Positions 11,028 to 22,500 of a stretch of 46,518 nucleotides of DNA are shown here, in pieces (within the stretch, counting starts at the first letter, position 1; each line of letters starts with the position of its first letter). A model generated the notes under the pieces. That model ran no database searches, was not told the origin of the DNA, and was given only the letters and a program-made list of their open reading frames with translations. Position numbers and translations under genes: made by a program. This DNA comes from Prevotella sp. (GTDB lineage: Bacteria; Bacteroidota; Bacteroidia; Bacteroidales; Bacteroidaceae), in assembly GCA_017550455.1 (NCBI GenBank), contig JAFZPF010000112.1, forward strand, positions 1 to 46,518, given 5' to 3'.

Positions 11028-11774
11028 TTATTTCTTTGTCTTCTTCAGATAAGCCTTGAGGGCACTTGTCATAGAAGGATATTCCTTCGAGGGAGCCTCT
11101 ATCTCCACATTCAAATCTGCTTGATGAGCAGCCTGAGCAGTAGCAGGTCCGAACGTTGCTACGATCGTCTCGTTACGCTCATTACCGAAGGTGTTCTTAA
11201 ACGCACGGATACCGGAAGGACTGAAGAAGATACACATGTCGAAATCGAAAGCATTCTTCTCTTCTTCAGTGAAATCGTTGCTGACAGTACGGTACATCAC
11301 ACATTCCATATGCTGCAGTCCTTTGGCATCGAGCATCTGCTTTACGCTGTCGTCGTGGACACTACTCATAGGTATCAGATAACGCTCCGTCTTATGCTTC
11401 ACCATGGTTGGAACAAGACCATCCACCTTACCGGTAGTACCGAAGAACACCTTACGCTTACGATACTGAACATACTTCTGGATGTAAAGAGCAATTTGCT
11501 CAGTAACACAGAAATATTTCATATCCTCAGGAATCTCCAACCGCATCTCCTTAGCCAACTTGAAATAGTTGTCTATCGCATGGCGGGAGGTGAAGACAAC
11601 GGCCGTATAATTCAAAATACTGACCTTCTGCTGACGGAATTCTTTTGAAGTCAATCCTTCTACCTTGATGAAAGGGCGGAACACCAGTTCTACGCCAAAC
11701 TCGTTGGCTATGTCATAATAGGGCGATTTGTCGCTTGCTGGCTTTGGCTGAGATACTAATATCTTTTTTACCAT
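11028..11774 (-). CDS. hemD: uroporphyrinogen-III synthase-like protein
   Basis: KKILVSQP, VFTSRHA, YRTV and FFSPSGI motifs of Bacteroidetes HemD. Confidence 0.9.
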   Translation of the reverse strand: MVKKILVSQPKPASDKSPYYDIANEFGVELVFRPFIKVEGLTSKEFRQQKVSILNYTAVVFTSRHAIDNYFKLAKEMRLEIPEDMKYFCVTEQIALYIQKYVQYRKRKVFFGTTGKVDGLVPTMVKHKTERYLIPMSSVHDDSVKQMLDAKGLQHMECVMYRTVSNDFTEEEKNAFDFDMCIFFSPSGIRAFKNTFGNERNETIVATFGPATAQAAHQADLNVEIEAPSKEYPSMTSALKAYLKKTKK

Positions 11775-11781
11775 TACTGTC

Positions 11782-12843
11782 CTAAAAATTTATTTTTAAA
11801 TAATCGACGACGATCCTCAATATCCCAAATAATATGATTAAGGGTACGATTTCGAGGGCACAAAGGTACAAAATAAATTGAAAAGAAAGTGCATTTCCCC
11901 TGAAAAAGATTACGTAACACTTATAAAATGTTAGTATTTTCACCAATATTAAGACAATAAGGGCATAAATGACAGCATTATGTAACGACAAATCGAAATA
12001 ACTAAGCAATAATACCAATGGTAACAACACGATTCCCGTCATAGAAATCAGGAAGAGTTGGGACTTCAGCCATTGTCCATTTTTTTTCCCATCAAAAAAG
12101 ATCTGATTCAGTATTGTATACAACAATGCCTTCAGCAGGTAATAGATGAGAAAAGCCCCGGCAAAAAGAGCTATCAGGTGATAGGGGGATTTTAAGATAA
12201 ATGTTTGTGCGACATTTTCCTGGACATAGAAGAAACACAGCAATGCCCAGAGGATACAAGTGTGAAACACAAGGAAGAACTGGAAACGGAATTCACTTGT
12301 CGTCTCAGTTACCTCGGTTGTGCGCTCACTGCGGGGGATATAGAAGAAATCCTTTATCTGTCTGAGGATAAAGTGCCTAACGCGTGAAAAAGCAATCATC
12401 ACAAGGATGAAACAACCCAACAACAGTCCGGTGATAACATCGTCATGACGAATGGCATAAGGCATCGGATCACCAGCCATGCCATAGCGGCCACCGTTGA
12501 TCTCCGGATGATACATAGGGTCTTTGGAAAAGAAATTCTCTCTGTAATATTGCGGGATATTCACTTCCTTAATACTCTTCCCCACATCATGTCCCGGCAA
12601 GTGTAAAGTATCCGGCTGCCCACTGATATGTTTGATTTCCGGGTGAAAGGTTGCCTGTATGGCAGAATCCTGCTGTGCAGGTGTCGCATCTGCCGGCAAT
12701 TGTCGTAATACCTGGTAAGGGTGTTTGGGCGCATGGGATACCGACGCACTGTCCACCGGTGATGCGGCTTTCAGCACCTCCACCGGTTCTTCCACCACCG
12801 GTTGTTGATTCTGGTGAACGATAGTATCCTGCGGTATGATCAT
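11782..12843 (-). CDS. conserved membrane protein (DUF4271-like)
   Basis: Multiple TM helices, FILYLCALEIVP motif, position between metK and hemD. Confidence 0.8.
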   Translation of the reverse strand: MIIPQDTIVHQNQQPVVEEPVEVLKAASPVDSASVSHAPKHPYQVLRQLPADATPAQQDSAIQATFHPEIKHISGQPDTLHLPGHDVGKSIKEVNIPQYYRENFFSKDPMYHPEINGGRYGMAGDPMPYAIRHDDVITGLLLGCFILVMIAFSRVRHFILRQIKDFFYIPRSERTTEVTETTSEFRFQFFLVFHTCILWALLCFFYVQENVAQTFILKSPYHLIALFAGAFLIYYLLKALLYTILNQIFFDGKKNGQWLKSQLFLISMTGIVLLPLVLLLSYFDLSLHNAVIYALIVLILVKILTFYKCYVIFFRGNALSFQFILYLCALEIVPLIILFGILRIVVDYLKINF

Positions 12844-12847
12844 GGTA

Positions 12848-14107
12848 TTATAATCCGAAAGTCTCGCGTATCTCTTCTACACGATCCAGTTTCTCCCAGG
12901 TAAACAATTCCACAGGGATGGTCAGTGTCTCATGATAACGACTGGTGAAGGTCTTGTACACGACCTCATTCTTTCTTCCCATATGTCCATAAGCGGCAGT
13001 CTCCAAGTACATCGGCTGGCGTAACTTCAACGTCTTCTCAATGGCCTTCGGACGAAGATCGAACAACGCTTCAATCTTCTTGGCAATCTCACCGTCAGAT
13101 AGCTTTACACGACTCTTTCCATAGGTGTTGACATAGATATTCACAGGTTTGGCAACACCGATGGCATAACTGATCTGAACCAGCATCTCATCAGAAACAC
13201 CTGCAGCTACCATATTCTTCGCAATATAACGGGCTGCATAGGCAGCACTACGGTCCACCTTACTGGAGTCCTTGCCGGAGAAGGCACCTCCTCCATGTGC
13301 ACCCTTACCGCCATAGGTATCAACGATAATCTTCCTTCCGGTCAGTCCGGTATCGCCATGAGGACCACCGATAACGAATTTACCTGTAGGGTTCACGAAA
13401 TATTTGATATCGTCGTGGAAGAGTGCGAGCACCTTCTCACTGTGTATCTGCGACTTAACCCTTGGGATAAGGATATTGATAACATCATCTTTGATCTTTG
13501 CCAGCATCTTCTCATCATCGCTGTCAAACTCATCATGCTGGGTAGAAACCACGATGGTATCGATACGCAATGGTGTACCATTATCATCATATTCTACGGT
13601 TACCTGACTCTTTGCATCGGGACGCAGATAAGTCATCACCTTACCCTCTTTACGGATCTCGGCAAGTGTCTCCACCAGACGATGGGAAAGATCGAGTGTT
13701 ACTGGCATGTAATCCTCCGTCTCGTTGGTCGCATAACCGAACATCATACCCTGATCACCGGCTCCCTGCTCCTCCTCATTCTCACGATCCACACCACGGT
13801 TGATATCTCCACTCTGCTCATGGATAGCTGTGAGCACACCGCAAGAGTCACCATCGAACTTATACTCGCTCTTGGTATAGCCGATTCTATTGATTGTTCT
13901 ACGCGCAATGGTATCGAAGTCGATATATACCTCACTGCGCACCTCACCCATGATCACCACCTGACCGGTCGTGACAAAAGTCTCTATGGCGCATCGCGCC
14001 TTATCATCGTATGCTAAAAACTGATCTACCAACGCATCAGAAATCTGATCGGCCACCTTGTCAGGATGCCCCTCTGATACAGACTCCGAAGAAAACAAAT
14101 ATGCCAT
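12848..14107 (-). CDS. metK: S-adenosylmethionine synthetase
   Basis: [17 protein letters not shown] and GGGAFSGKD motifs. Confidence 0.99.
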   Translation of the reverse strand: MAYLFSSESVSEGHPDKVADQISDALVDQFLAYDDKARCAIETFVTTGQVVIMGEVRSEVYIDFDTIARRTINRIGYTKSEYKFDGDSCGVLTAIHEQSGDINRGVDRENEEEQGAGDQGMMFGYATNETEDYMPVTLDLSHRLVETLAEIRKEGKVMTYLRPDAKSQVTVEYDDNGTPLRIDTIVVSTQHDEFDSDDEKMLAKIKDDVINILIPRVKSQIHSEKVLALFHDDIKYFVNPTGKFVIGGPHGDTGLTGRKIIVDTYGGKGAHGGGAFSGKDSSKVDRSAAYAARYIAKNMVAAGVSDEMLVQISYAIGVAKPVNIYVNTYGKSRVKLSDGEIAKKIEALFDLRPKAIEKTLKLRQPMYLETAAYGHMGRKNEVVYKTFTSRYHETLTIPVELFTWEKLDRVEEIRETFGL

Positions 14108-14136
14108 ATCTTTACACCTTATTAAATATCAGGGTG

Positions 14137-14438
14137 CAAAGTTACAAATAAGTGAGTGAAAAGCCAAATAATCATCGAAGATTAATTTAGGAGCAACGAG
14201 AATAAAGGAAATCGTGGTTTACTTTATTGAGTTGTGACTAAATTAGCATTTGATAATGTCAAATGTTATTTGGCTTTTCCGAACGGGCGTAACTTCGGCA
14301 AAGCCAAAGTTACGAAAACAAAAAGAACAATTCTTTTCATTCCCGAGACGGAGTAACTTCGACGAAGCCAAAGTTACGAATAAACGAGCACAATGCAAAA
14401 GAAAAGTTCATTTTTCTTTTTTTGCCCAGCAGAAGTAA
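14137..14438. repeat. tandem/nested copies of a dispersed hairpin element overlapping the metK -7 box
   Basis: GTAACTTCG..AAGCCAAAGTTACGAA twice; AAAAGCCAAATA/TATTTGGCTTTT inverted pair; same architecture as the elements at 25380, 28380 and 29461. Confidence 0.7.
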
Positions 14439-14583
14439 CATGTATCAACCCTCATGAATTCTCTCGAGAATTCCGGGCAAAAGGCCACCTTTGGCCGGGC
14501 TTTTAGTACCCTTTGCTCACCAATTCTCGAGAAAATCCAATGTTGCGTAGCAACAAATGGTTTAGGGTTTAGAGATGGAATCT

Positions 14584-14680
14584 TGTCAACCTCATGTCAA
14601 CCTTTGACAGCCTTCAACAGGTTGCACGCCCTTTGCTACAGCGGGTTGTAACAACCTGACAACCTATTTTGCAAAAAAAA
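14584..14680. repeat. about 100 bp dispersed element with TG(T/A)CAACCT units, copy 1
   Basis: Colinear similarity to 44092-44188. Confidence 0.8.
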
Positions 14681-14720
14681 TAGGTAATGATATTACAGTT
14701 GACACATGTATGTACTTAAT

Positions 14721-14916
14721 AACCGCAACGCGGTTACCGCTCAATAGCCGTGGGTCGGCACGACCTACGGACAAGGTGTTGTAACAAACATCCAACCCTG
14801 GAGGGCGTTGCCCAACAAATATATGGGGGCACGCCTTCAGCGTGCATATTTGTCATTGCCACGTTCTCCGCAGGTCGATGACCTGCGGCTACTGAGCGTT
14901 GACGCTTTCAGCGTCA
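14721..14916. repeat. REPIN-like composite palindromic element
   Basis: Terminal mini-hairpins, inverted arms CGCTCAATAGCCGTGGGTC / GACCTGCGGCTACTGAGCG, and internal hairpins. Confidence 0.65.
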
Positions 14917-14999
14917 TGTGCCAACAACTATATCATTACCAAAAAAGAAAGGTGCAAAACAAATGTCTGCACCCCTCTTTTATTTATATCATCATATTT

Positions 15000-17810
15000 T
15001 TACTCCTCCGGCAACATCACCACCTCTACTTTGTTGGCTCCCTTCAGGAACTTCTTCATGAAGTTGCAGATCTTCTCAGGAGTCTGAGAGGCAACAACAT
15101 CTTTGAAGGTAGTGTGGTTATCCAAGCCATAACGGTCATAAGTATTGATAACACCCATCCAATAACCGTTTGTCTTCACACTGCTTTCAGCATTCTTCAG
15201 CATATACTCCTTTACCTTCGTAAGCATATCCTGGTCGCATGTAACGGCGAGCGCAGGAAGTTCCTCACGCATGATGGCCAATGCCTCTTCAGCCTTCTCG
15301 GGCTTCATCGGGCAGAACACCTGAACAGTAGTAGTGACATCCTTGTCTGTCTTGCTCATAGATGCCTGTGCACCACATGAATAAGCAGCACCGGCATCCT
15401 CACGGATCTTCTTCAGGTAGATCATCGAGAGAATCTGTCCGGCAATGCTTGCCTGGATAGAAGACTCCAGTGAATAAGGCATCTTCTCATTCAACCAAAC
15501 CATTACGGCATTAGCCTTTGGAGGTTCTGATTTACGGAGGAAACGATTTGTTACGTCATTCTTGACGAAGTCAACCACCTTATGTCCCTTCACAATTTTC
15601 TTGCTTGATGGTAAGGAAGCGATATACTGCTCAAGCAATGGGCGTAACTCAGCTTCATCGAAATCACCAATGATTGTAAAGCGGTAAGCTGCTGCATTGG
15701 CAGTACGCTCTTTAGCCATCTGAAGGATACGGTCGTAGTCGATCTTGGCAATATCGCTGATCTCCATACTCTTTGAGCGAGGATGATGGTTCGTCAGGGT
15801 ATATGACAGAGAATCCTGGAAGGCTGCATCGGGATTATTAGCCTTATTCTTCAGCTGCATCTCATACGACTGCTTGAGCAGTTGGAAGTTCTCTTCGTCT
15901 TTCTTGATATTGGTAAAATAAAGATAAGCCAACTGAAACATTGTCTCCAAATCTTTCTTCACAGCACTACCGGAGACAGACATTCTGCGCTCACCCATGG
16001 ACAGGTCACAGTTAGCCACCTTACCTGCGAGTGCTTTTCTCAACTCGGTAGTAGAGAAATTACCCAAACCGCTGGAACCGATCACATCATTAAAGACATT
16101 CAGGTTGACAATTTCATTATTGCCATACAAGGAAGAACCACCCTCACCGGTAGCAGTCATGACAATCTCATCCTTCTTGAAATCGGTCTTCTTCAGCAAT
16201 ACTCTCACACCATTGCTAAGTGTCAGCTCCTTATAACCGAACTTCTTTCCAGCCTGCTCCTTAACGATAGAGCCTTTCTGGGGCAGAACAGTGATAAGCG
16301 GCTCATTCTTTACATTATCCACGAAAGCCTCTAACTTCTCTGCACGAGCCTCATCAACGGCAGCCAGGAACTCGCTGGCCTCCGGATAGACAGCACCTTC
16401 TTTCTCTACATTAGTGCTAAGGACAACCAGGTTTTTCTTGCCCTGCGGCATCAACTGCTTGATATACTCATTGACAGTCTGCAAAGGAATAGACGGAATC
16501 AACTGCTTCAACAGCATATATTCGTCATCCAAAGATACCATCGGCTCATGACTGAGGTAAACCTCTACCAACTCTTGTGCCAAGCCACCACTGGCTCGCT
16601 TATCTTTGTTTGCATATAACTTCTCAAGACTGCTGAGCATATTGTCTTTGAAACGCTGATACTCTGTTTCTGTATAACCAAACTGTGCGGCACGCAAAGC
16701 CTCACGGTAAACTGCGATGGCAGACTCTTTGTTCTTACCCTCTTTAGGAGCATAGTTCAAAGAGAAGGCATCCTTGGTCTTAGAGAAAAGATAAGTACCG
16801 TCGCCTACCTGTGCACCGAGGAAAGGACAATCCGGCTTTTGGGTAAGCTCACTGATACGCTGGTTCAGCATACTGATGGCTGCATTCTTCAGGAAACTGT
16901 TTACAACATTCAAAACAGTGCCTTTCAGAGAATCGGGGAACACATCATGTTTGAAGAGATAACTAACCTGATTATTCGGCTGCTCCTTATCTTTCTCTAC
17001 CACGACGATAGGCTCTTCATTGTCAGGAACGGGCTCATCCCATACCTGTGCGGCATTGGCAGGAACCTTAATGTCGGAGAACAGACGTTTGATCTCAGCC
17101 TCTACATGGTCAACATCCACATCACCGACAACGATGATGGCCTGATTATCTGGACGATACCACTTCTCGTAGTAGTTACGCAGTTCAATGGGTTTGAAAC
17201 CGTCAACCACACTCATCAGTCCGATAGGCATACGAAGGCCATACTTAGAACCCGGATAGAGTGTCGGCAATGAGCGCTCTAACATACGCTGCTGAGCACT
17301 TGAACGGAGACGCCACTCCTCATGGATCACGCCACGCTCCTTATCAATCTCTTTCTCATCGAGCACCAGACCGTCGGCCCAATCATAGAGAATCAGCAGA
17401 CAGCTGTCCAAAGAAGCTTTGTTCTTGGTCGGCACATTAGAGATATTATACACCGTACGGTCAACACTGGTATAAGCATTCAGATCGGCACCGAACTTCA
17501 CGCCGAGAGACTCGCAATAGCGGATCAGGTCATTTCCCTGAAAGTGCTTGGTTCCATTGAAGCACATGTGCTCCAGGAAGTGTGCCAAGCCACGTTGTGG
17601 CTCATCTTCCTGCAATGAACCCACTCTCTGGGCAATAAAGAATTCTGCACGGTTTTCCGGCCAATTGTTGTAACGGATATAATAAGTCAGTCCGTTATCC
17701 AACTTACCGGTTCTCACATCCTTATCCTGAGGAAGAGGAGGCATCATCTGAGCCATGGCATTCCCTGCGATGGCCAAGAGTAATACAATAAATAGATTTT
17801 TAAGTTTCAT
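15000..17810 (-). CDS. M16 family zinc peptidase (PqqL-like), secreted
   Basis: Signal peptide; inverted zincin motif HFLEH; ERGVIHEEWR; IREDAGAAYS. Confidence 0.95.
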   Translation of the reverse strand: MKLKNLFIVLLLAIAGNAMAQMMPPLPQDKDVRTGKLDNGLTYYIRYNNWPENRAEFFIAQRVGSLQEDEPQRGLAHFLEHMCFNGTKHFQGNDLIRYCESLGVKFGADLNAYTSVDRTVYNISNVPTKNKASLDSCLLILYDWADGLVLDEKEIDKERGVIHEEWRLRSSAQQRMLERSLPTLYPGSKYGLRMPIGLMSVVDGFKPIELRNYYEKWYRPDNQAIIVVGDVDVDHVEAEIKRLFSDIKVPANAAQVWDEPVPDNEEPIVVVEKDKEQPNNQVSYLFKHDVFPDSLKGTVLNVVNSFLKNAAISMLNQRISELTQKPDCPFLGAQVGDGTYLFSKTKDAFSLNYAPKEGKNKESAIAVYREALRAAQFGYTETEYQRFKDNMLSSLEKLYANKDKRASGGLAQELVEVYLSHEPMVSLDDEYMLLKQLIPSIPLQTVNEYIKQLMPQGKKNLVVLSTNVEKEGAVYPEASEFLAAVDEARAEKLEAFVDNVKNEPLITVLPQKGSIVKEQAGKKFGYKELTLSNGVRVLLKKTDFKKDEIVMTATGEGGSSLYGNNEIVNLNVFNDVIGSSGLGNFSTTELRKALAGKVANCDLSMGERRMSVSGSAVKKDLETMFQLAYLYFTNIKKDEENFQLLKQSYEMQLKNKANNPDAAFQDSLSYTLTNHHPRSKSMEISDIAKIDYDRILQMAKERTANAAAYRFTIIGDFDEAELRPLLEQYIASLPSSKKIVKGHKVVDFVKNDVTNRFLRKSEPPKANAVMVWLNEKMPYSLESSIQASIAGQILSMIYLKKIREDAGAAYSCGAQASMSKTDKDVTTTVQVFCPMKPEKAEEALAIMREELPALAVTCDQDMLTKVKEYMLKNAESSVKTNGYWMGVINTYDRYGLDNHTTFKDVVASQTPEKICNFMKKFLKGANKVEVVMLPEE

Positions 17811-17916
17811 AATAAAAAAATAATGTCTTTTTGTCTAATAACGAAATAAAGGATTCTGGGGCCACATTCAGGCCCCAAAATTCGTAATAATTAATTATCC
17901 TTAACGTCTGATTAAA

Positions 17917-18246
17917 CTAAAATGTCTTGGAAACCACCACTGCTGTACCGCTGCTTGATACCATCAGCATCGAACTGTTTTGTCCCACTGTCTCATAATC
18001 CAGGTCAATGGCCAGTATCGCATTAGCTCCCAGCTCCTGTGCACGCTCCTCCATTTCCTGCATGGCTATATCCTTGGCTTTTGCCAATACCTTCTCGTAA
18101 GCACCGCTTCGGCCACCTACCAAGTCACGTACGGAGGCGAACAGATCCTTAAACATATTGGCTCCGATAATCGTCTCACCGGTTACTACTCCAAGATATT
18201 TCTCTACTTTGTAACCTTCTAAATTGTGTGTTGTCGTTAATATCAT
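17917..18246 (-). CDS. YbjQ/UPF0145 family protein
   Basis: GGRSGAYE...[14 protein letters not shown]...SGTAV. Confidence 0.93.
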   Translation of the reverse strand: MILTTTHNLEGYKVEKYLGVVTGETIIGANMFKDLFASVRDLVGGRSGAYEKVLAKAKDIAMQEMEERAQELGANAILAIDLDYETVGQNSSMLMVSSSGTAVVVSKTF

Positions 18247-18262
18247 AATTCTGTTGTTTTAA

Positions 18263-18922
18263 TTAGTTCCTTTTTCCACCGAAATGTCCACCACCACTGG
18301 TATTCGTGGCGGGCTGACTTTGTTGATTCTGCTGTGGGGTCGTCTGAGACTGACTCTGTGGTTGAGTCTTCTGATTACCCTGTGGCTGAGCATTACCACC
18401 CTGTGTGCGTGGTTGTGTCGCTGTACCACTGTGCGTATTGGGGTTATTCACACCCACCCCCTGTCCATGTTGTGGTTGAGAAGTTCCTGGTGGCTGTTGG
18501 TTCCTCGGAACTGTAATCACCTGACGGGTAGGGGGTATCCTTCGTGGCGGTATTACAACAGGGCGCATGTTCACAGCCCGGTAGTCACTGGTATCATACC
18601 CTGCACGTGCAATAGCCTGTTGGATAAGATACGTATTCGTTCTGCCCGGATAATACTGTACGGTCATGATATACGACCCGGGGCTCCAGGACACATCGCG
18701 TACCCCATAGACATTCATTGCTATACGCTCCACATGCATCCTGTCTATCATCGGTGCATAGACACGGAATGAAGAGGTGACATACATCATCCGCGCACCG
18801 TAATGCACATCGTAGGGATCGACGGGTGGGGGCGTATCATCCAACTGAGGTGCACACGACATCAGCATAGCGATGACGACCACCATCAGCAATCCTATTC
18901 GTTTATTATTGATCCTTCTCAT
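18263..18922 (-). CDS. lipoprotein with HMA-like domain and Q/P/G-rich tail
   Basis: Lipobox MLMSC; GVRDVSW...IQQAIARAGYDT resembles the heavy-metal-associated fold. Confidence 0.6.
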   Translation of the reverse strand: MRRINNKRIGLLMVVVIAMLMSCAPQLDDTPPPVDPYDVHYGARMMYVTSSFRVYAPMIDRMHVERIAMNVYGVRDVSWSPGSYIMTVQYYPGRTNTYLIQQAIARAGYDTSDYRAVNMRPVVIPPRRIPPTRQVITVPRNQQPPGTSQPQHGQGVGVNNPNTHSGTATQPRTQGGNAQPQGNQKTQPQSQSQTTPQQNQQSQPATNTSGGGHFGGKRN

Positions 18923-19017
18923 ATCTTTTAGTCCAAAAAATCCAAACTCAAAAACTCAATATCTATTAACTCGTTTACTAAACAACCAAACAACTAAACG
19001 ACCAAACGACCAAACAA

Positions 19018-19482
19018 CTAAACAAAATAATACAAGAACGACGCGATACCCTCCAGGGCCGGTTTACGCTGCCCCTCTATCTCAATCTTAAAGGCTATCT
19101 CTGCCTTACAGATACCACGGAGGTTGGCGATGTTATGCAATTTCGTTGTCAGACGCACCCTGCTGCCGGTGATCACCGGTTGACCGAAGCGCATCTTGTC
19201 CATGCCGTAGTTCACCAGCATCTTGATATTGTTCACCTCTATGATCTGATCCCAAAGATAAGGAAGCAGTGAGAGGGTCAGATAACCATGTGCTATCGTA
19301 CTTTGATACTGACTCTCTTTCTTTGCTCTTTCCACATCCACATGAATCCACTGGTGGTCAAGCGTTGCATCAGCAAACAGATTGATACGATCCTGATCTA
19401 CCTGCAACCAGTCAGAACAGCCCAACTCTTCTCCTAAGTGGGCCGCAAACTCCTCATACGAGTTTATAACTAATTTTCCCAT
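19018..19482 (-). CDS. MaoC family dehydratase
   Basis: FADATLDHQWIHVD, IAHG and NYGMDKMRF motifs. Confidence 0.93.
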   Translation of the reverse strand: MGKLVINSYEEFAAHLGEELGCSDWLQVDQDRINLFADATLDHQWIHVDVERAKKESQYQSTIAHGYLTLSLLPYLWDQIIEVNNIKMLVNYGMDKMRFGQPVITGSRVRLTTKLHNIANLRGICKAEIAFKIEIEGQRKPALEGIASFLYYFV

Positions 19483-19592
19483 CTTATTTTCGTATTTCTA
19501 TTATTATGCTGCAAAGATAATACTTTTTTTTAAAACTACACACTTCCCATGGATAATGGTATAAATATTTATCCATGTAATCCCTGTCATGT

Positions 19593-22500
19593 TTATCGCA
19601 TCATTTCCTTCACAGCAGCCTCCAACTGGCGGTCTATGCCTTGCAGCATCTCCTCCGGTGTGTTATACACGGTAATATCCGGCTCCAGCTGCAGGTTTTC
19701 CTGATAGCGGCCCTGCATATCCATGCACCCTACCTGAGGGATGCCGAACACTAAGGTTTGGTCTATCACACGTTCCCACCACACAGCTGTCATAGTGCCG
19801 GCAACGGGAGTTCCTACTAACTTACCAATGCCCAGGGTCTTATAAACCCATGGGAAACCATGACCGTTACTGTAGTCATCCTCGCAGATCAGCACACAAC
19901 TGGGCTTTACCCATTTGTTATAAGGATCAGTTCCAATGTATTGTCCACGTGGCATAAAACGCTGATACTCTTTGCCTGCCAGCAATGTGCAGAGGTCATC
20001 ATGCAGCCAACCGCCACTGTTGTGACGCTCATCAACTACTGCAGCTTGCTTCTGACGGTTCTCATCGCTCAACAGTTCACGATAAACCCTACGGAAGCTG
20101 GGACTATCCATCGCTTTTACATGTACATAAGCCACTTTACCACCCGAGAGTTCTTCCACTTTCTTCTTATTGCGTTCCACCCAACGGTCGTAAAGCAAGT
20201 CCGCACGCTCACTTGTGCTGATGGCCTTTACCGTAACTTCAAAGCGTCGGCCATCGGGATTGAGTACACTCACACGCACCTGCTTGCCAGCCTTACCCTC
20301 TAACAGTGGGTAATAGTCCATATCTTTCGTGATGGCTATGCCGTCTATCTTTTCGATGATGCTGCCAGTCTTCACATCGGTCTTCTTTACGGCAAAGGGT
20401 CCTTTTGCCATCACCTCATCAATCTTAATTCCATCGCCTTGGTAAGTATCGTCGATGAACACGCCCAGATTAGCGGTTGCCAGACGACCGGATGGCGGAC
20501 TATAACGCATGCCCGTATGAGAAGCATTCAGTTCACCCAACAACTCACACATCATCTCGGCATAGTCATAGTTGTTATTTATATAGGGTAAGAAACGGCA
20601 GTAGTTCTGTTTCATTCCCTCCCAGTCAACACCATGCAGGTCGGGCAGGTAGAATTTATCTGCCACCTGTTGCCACACATGACTGAAGATGTATTCGCGC
20701 TCTTCCCCGCCCTTATAATTGAAGGTAGCTTCAAAGTCGATATTCTTCGTGCTCTTCTTCTCTATATCTATCTGTTTGATACCTTTTTCAGAAGCCAGGA
20801 ACACATGTTTAAAGTCCTTGTCAGCAAGCAGTTCTCCTCGTCCCACTCCTTTTAAAACAATAGAGGTAGTACCCTCTTTCATGTCGTGCATCCATAAGTC
20901 AGGTGTGCCTTCAAAACGGGCTGTGTAGTACAGCTTATCACCTTTAGGGGTGAGCAGTGCATCACCCAGATTAGAAGAGTTCACGGTAAGACGAATCACT
21001 CGGTCACGACAGTTGTCCAGATCGAACACCAGTGGCTCCACCTCTTTCTTCTTGTCCTCTTCCTTAGCCTTCTTACCCTTCTTGTCATCAGCAGATTTCT
21101 TCTCCGTCTCTTCCTTGCTCTTTTCCTTCTCTTTATCAGCTTCCTCTAAGAGGGCTGTCTCCTCCTTTGTCATGCGGAACTTCTCGTAGGCATCGAGGTC
21201 GAAGAACATGATATAGATATCGTCTTCAGCTCCCCAACTTCCATGACTGCGATAGCCCGCACGATCACTACCGAAGAGGATGGCCTTGCCACCTAACACC
21301 CACTTGGCATGCGTATCGTTATAACCACTTTGCGTCACATTATGTATCTCAGTGCCGTCGGCTTTGATCAGGGCCACGTCCTTGTTGTTCCAACCACCAT
21401 AGCCGATATAGTTAGAGAGCAGCCACCTGCTGTCAGGGCTCCACTGGAACCACTGGTCACCATCGCTATAGCTATACTCATACTTACCGTCCATCACGGT
21501 GCGCACCTGCTTAGTGGCCAAATTGATCACACGCAGCGTCGTACGGTTTTCCAGGAATGCCACTTCCTTACCATTGGGGCTGTACTTCGGTAGGAAGGAG
21601 GTCACCTCACTGTCAGTCAAACGTTCTTCTTTGATATCAGAGGCATAGGTAAAGAGTTTTTCTTCCTTTTTCACAATACTACTCTGGTAGATCTGCCAGA
21701 ATCCGCCACGCTCAGCGGCATACACCAGACTGCGTCCGTCGGGACTGAAGTCAATACTACGCTCCTGCTCAGGGGTGTCGGTAATCTGCTTGGTCGTGTT
21801 ATATTCTGCACTGGTCACATACACATCGCCATGCAGGATAAAGGCCACCTCCTTACCCTCAGGACTCACCGCTATCTCGGTAGCCCCACTTCGCTGCACC
21901 TGCTTCACCACGTCACGGTTGTTGCTGTCGGTGACAATGCGGATGTTCACCTTCTGTGGTTCACTACCTTCACGCATGGTATAGATTTCGCCATTGTAGC
22001 CGAAACACAGTATGCCATTCTGACTGACAGAGAGGAAACGTACGGGGTGTGTGTTCATGTGAGTGATCTGCCGTTGCCCCGTACCGTCGATATTCTTTTT
22101 ATAGACATTCATCGAACCGCTGGCTTCACTCAGATAATAGAAGCTCCGTCCGTCGGCAGCCCATACGGGATTACGGTTCTCGCACTTGGTATCCGTAAGT
22201 TTGGTGAAATGGTCGTCTTTCGTTTTGAGCCATACATCACGTACTACGGCTGATGTCTGATGTTTACGCCAGGTATCTTCCATACCTTTACGGTCGTGAT
22301 AAAGGATACGTCCGTCGGGCGCCACACTCAGATTGTCCATCGTCAATGAGGAAAAAAGACGCATTCGTCCACCCTGTGTGCTTACCTGATACACCTGTGG
22401 CATACGCTGAGTGAAACAGATACTCTGTGCCGTTGGCAAGATGTTGCATTGCAACAGTATGGTCTGACTGTCAAGAAACCCTAAAGGCACCTCACTGCCA

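Noticed and set aside
14108-14300. SAM riboswitch upstream of metK
   Set aside because: The proximal -7 box leaves only about 20 nt of leader; the upstream structure belongs to a dispersed repeat family and shows no SAM-I/II motifs I can recognise.
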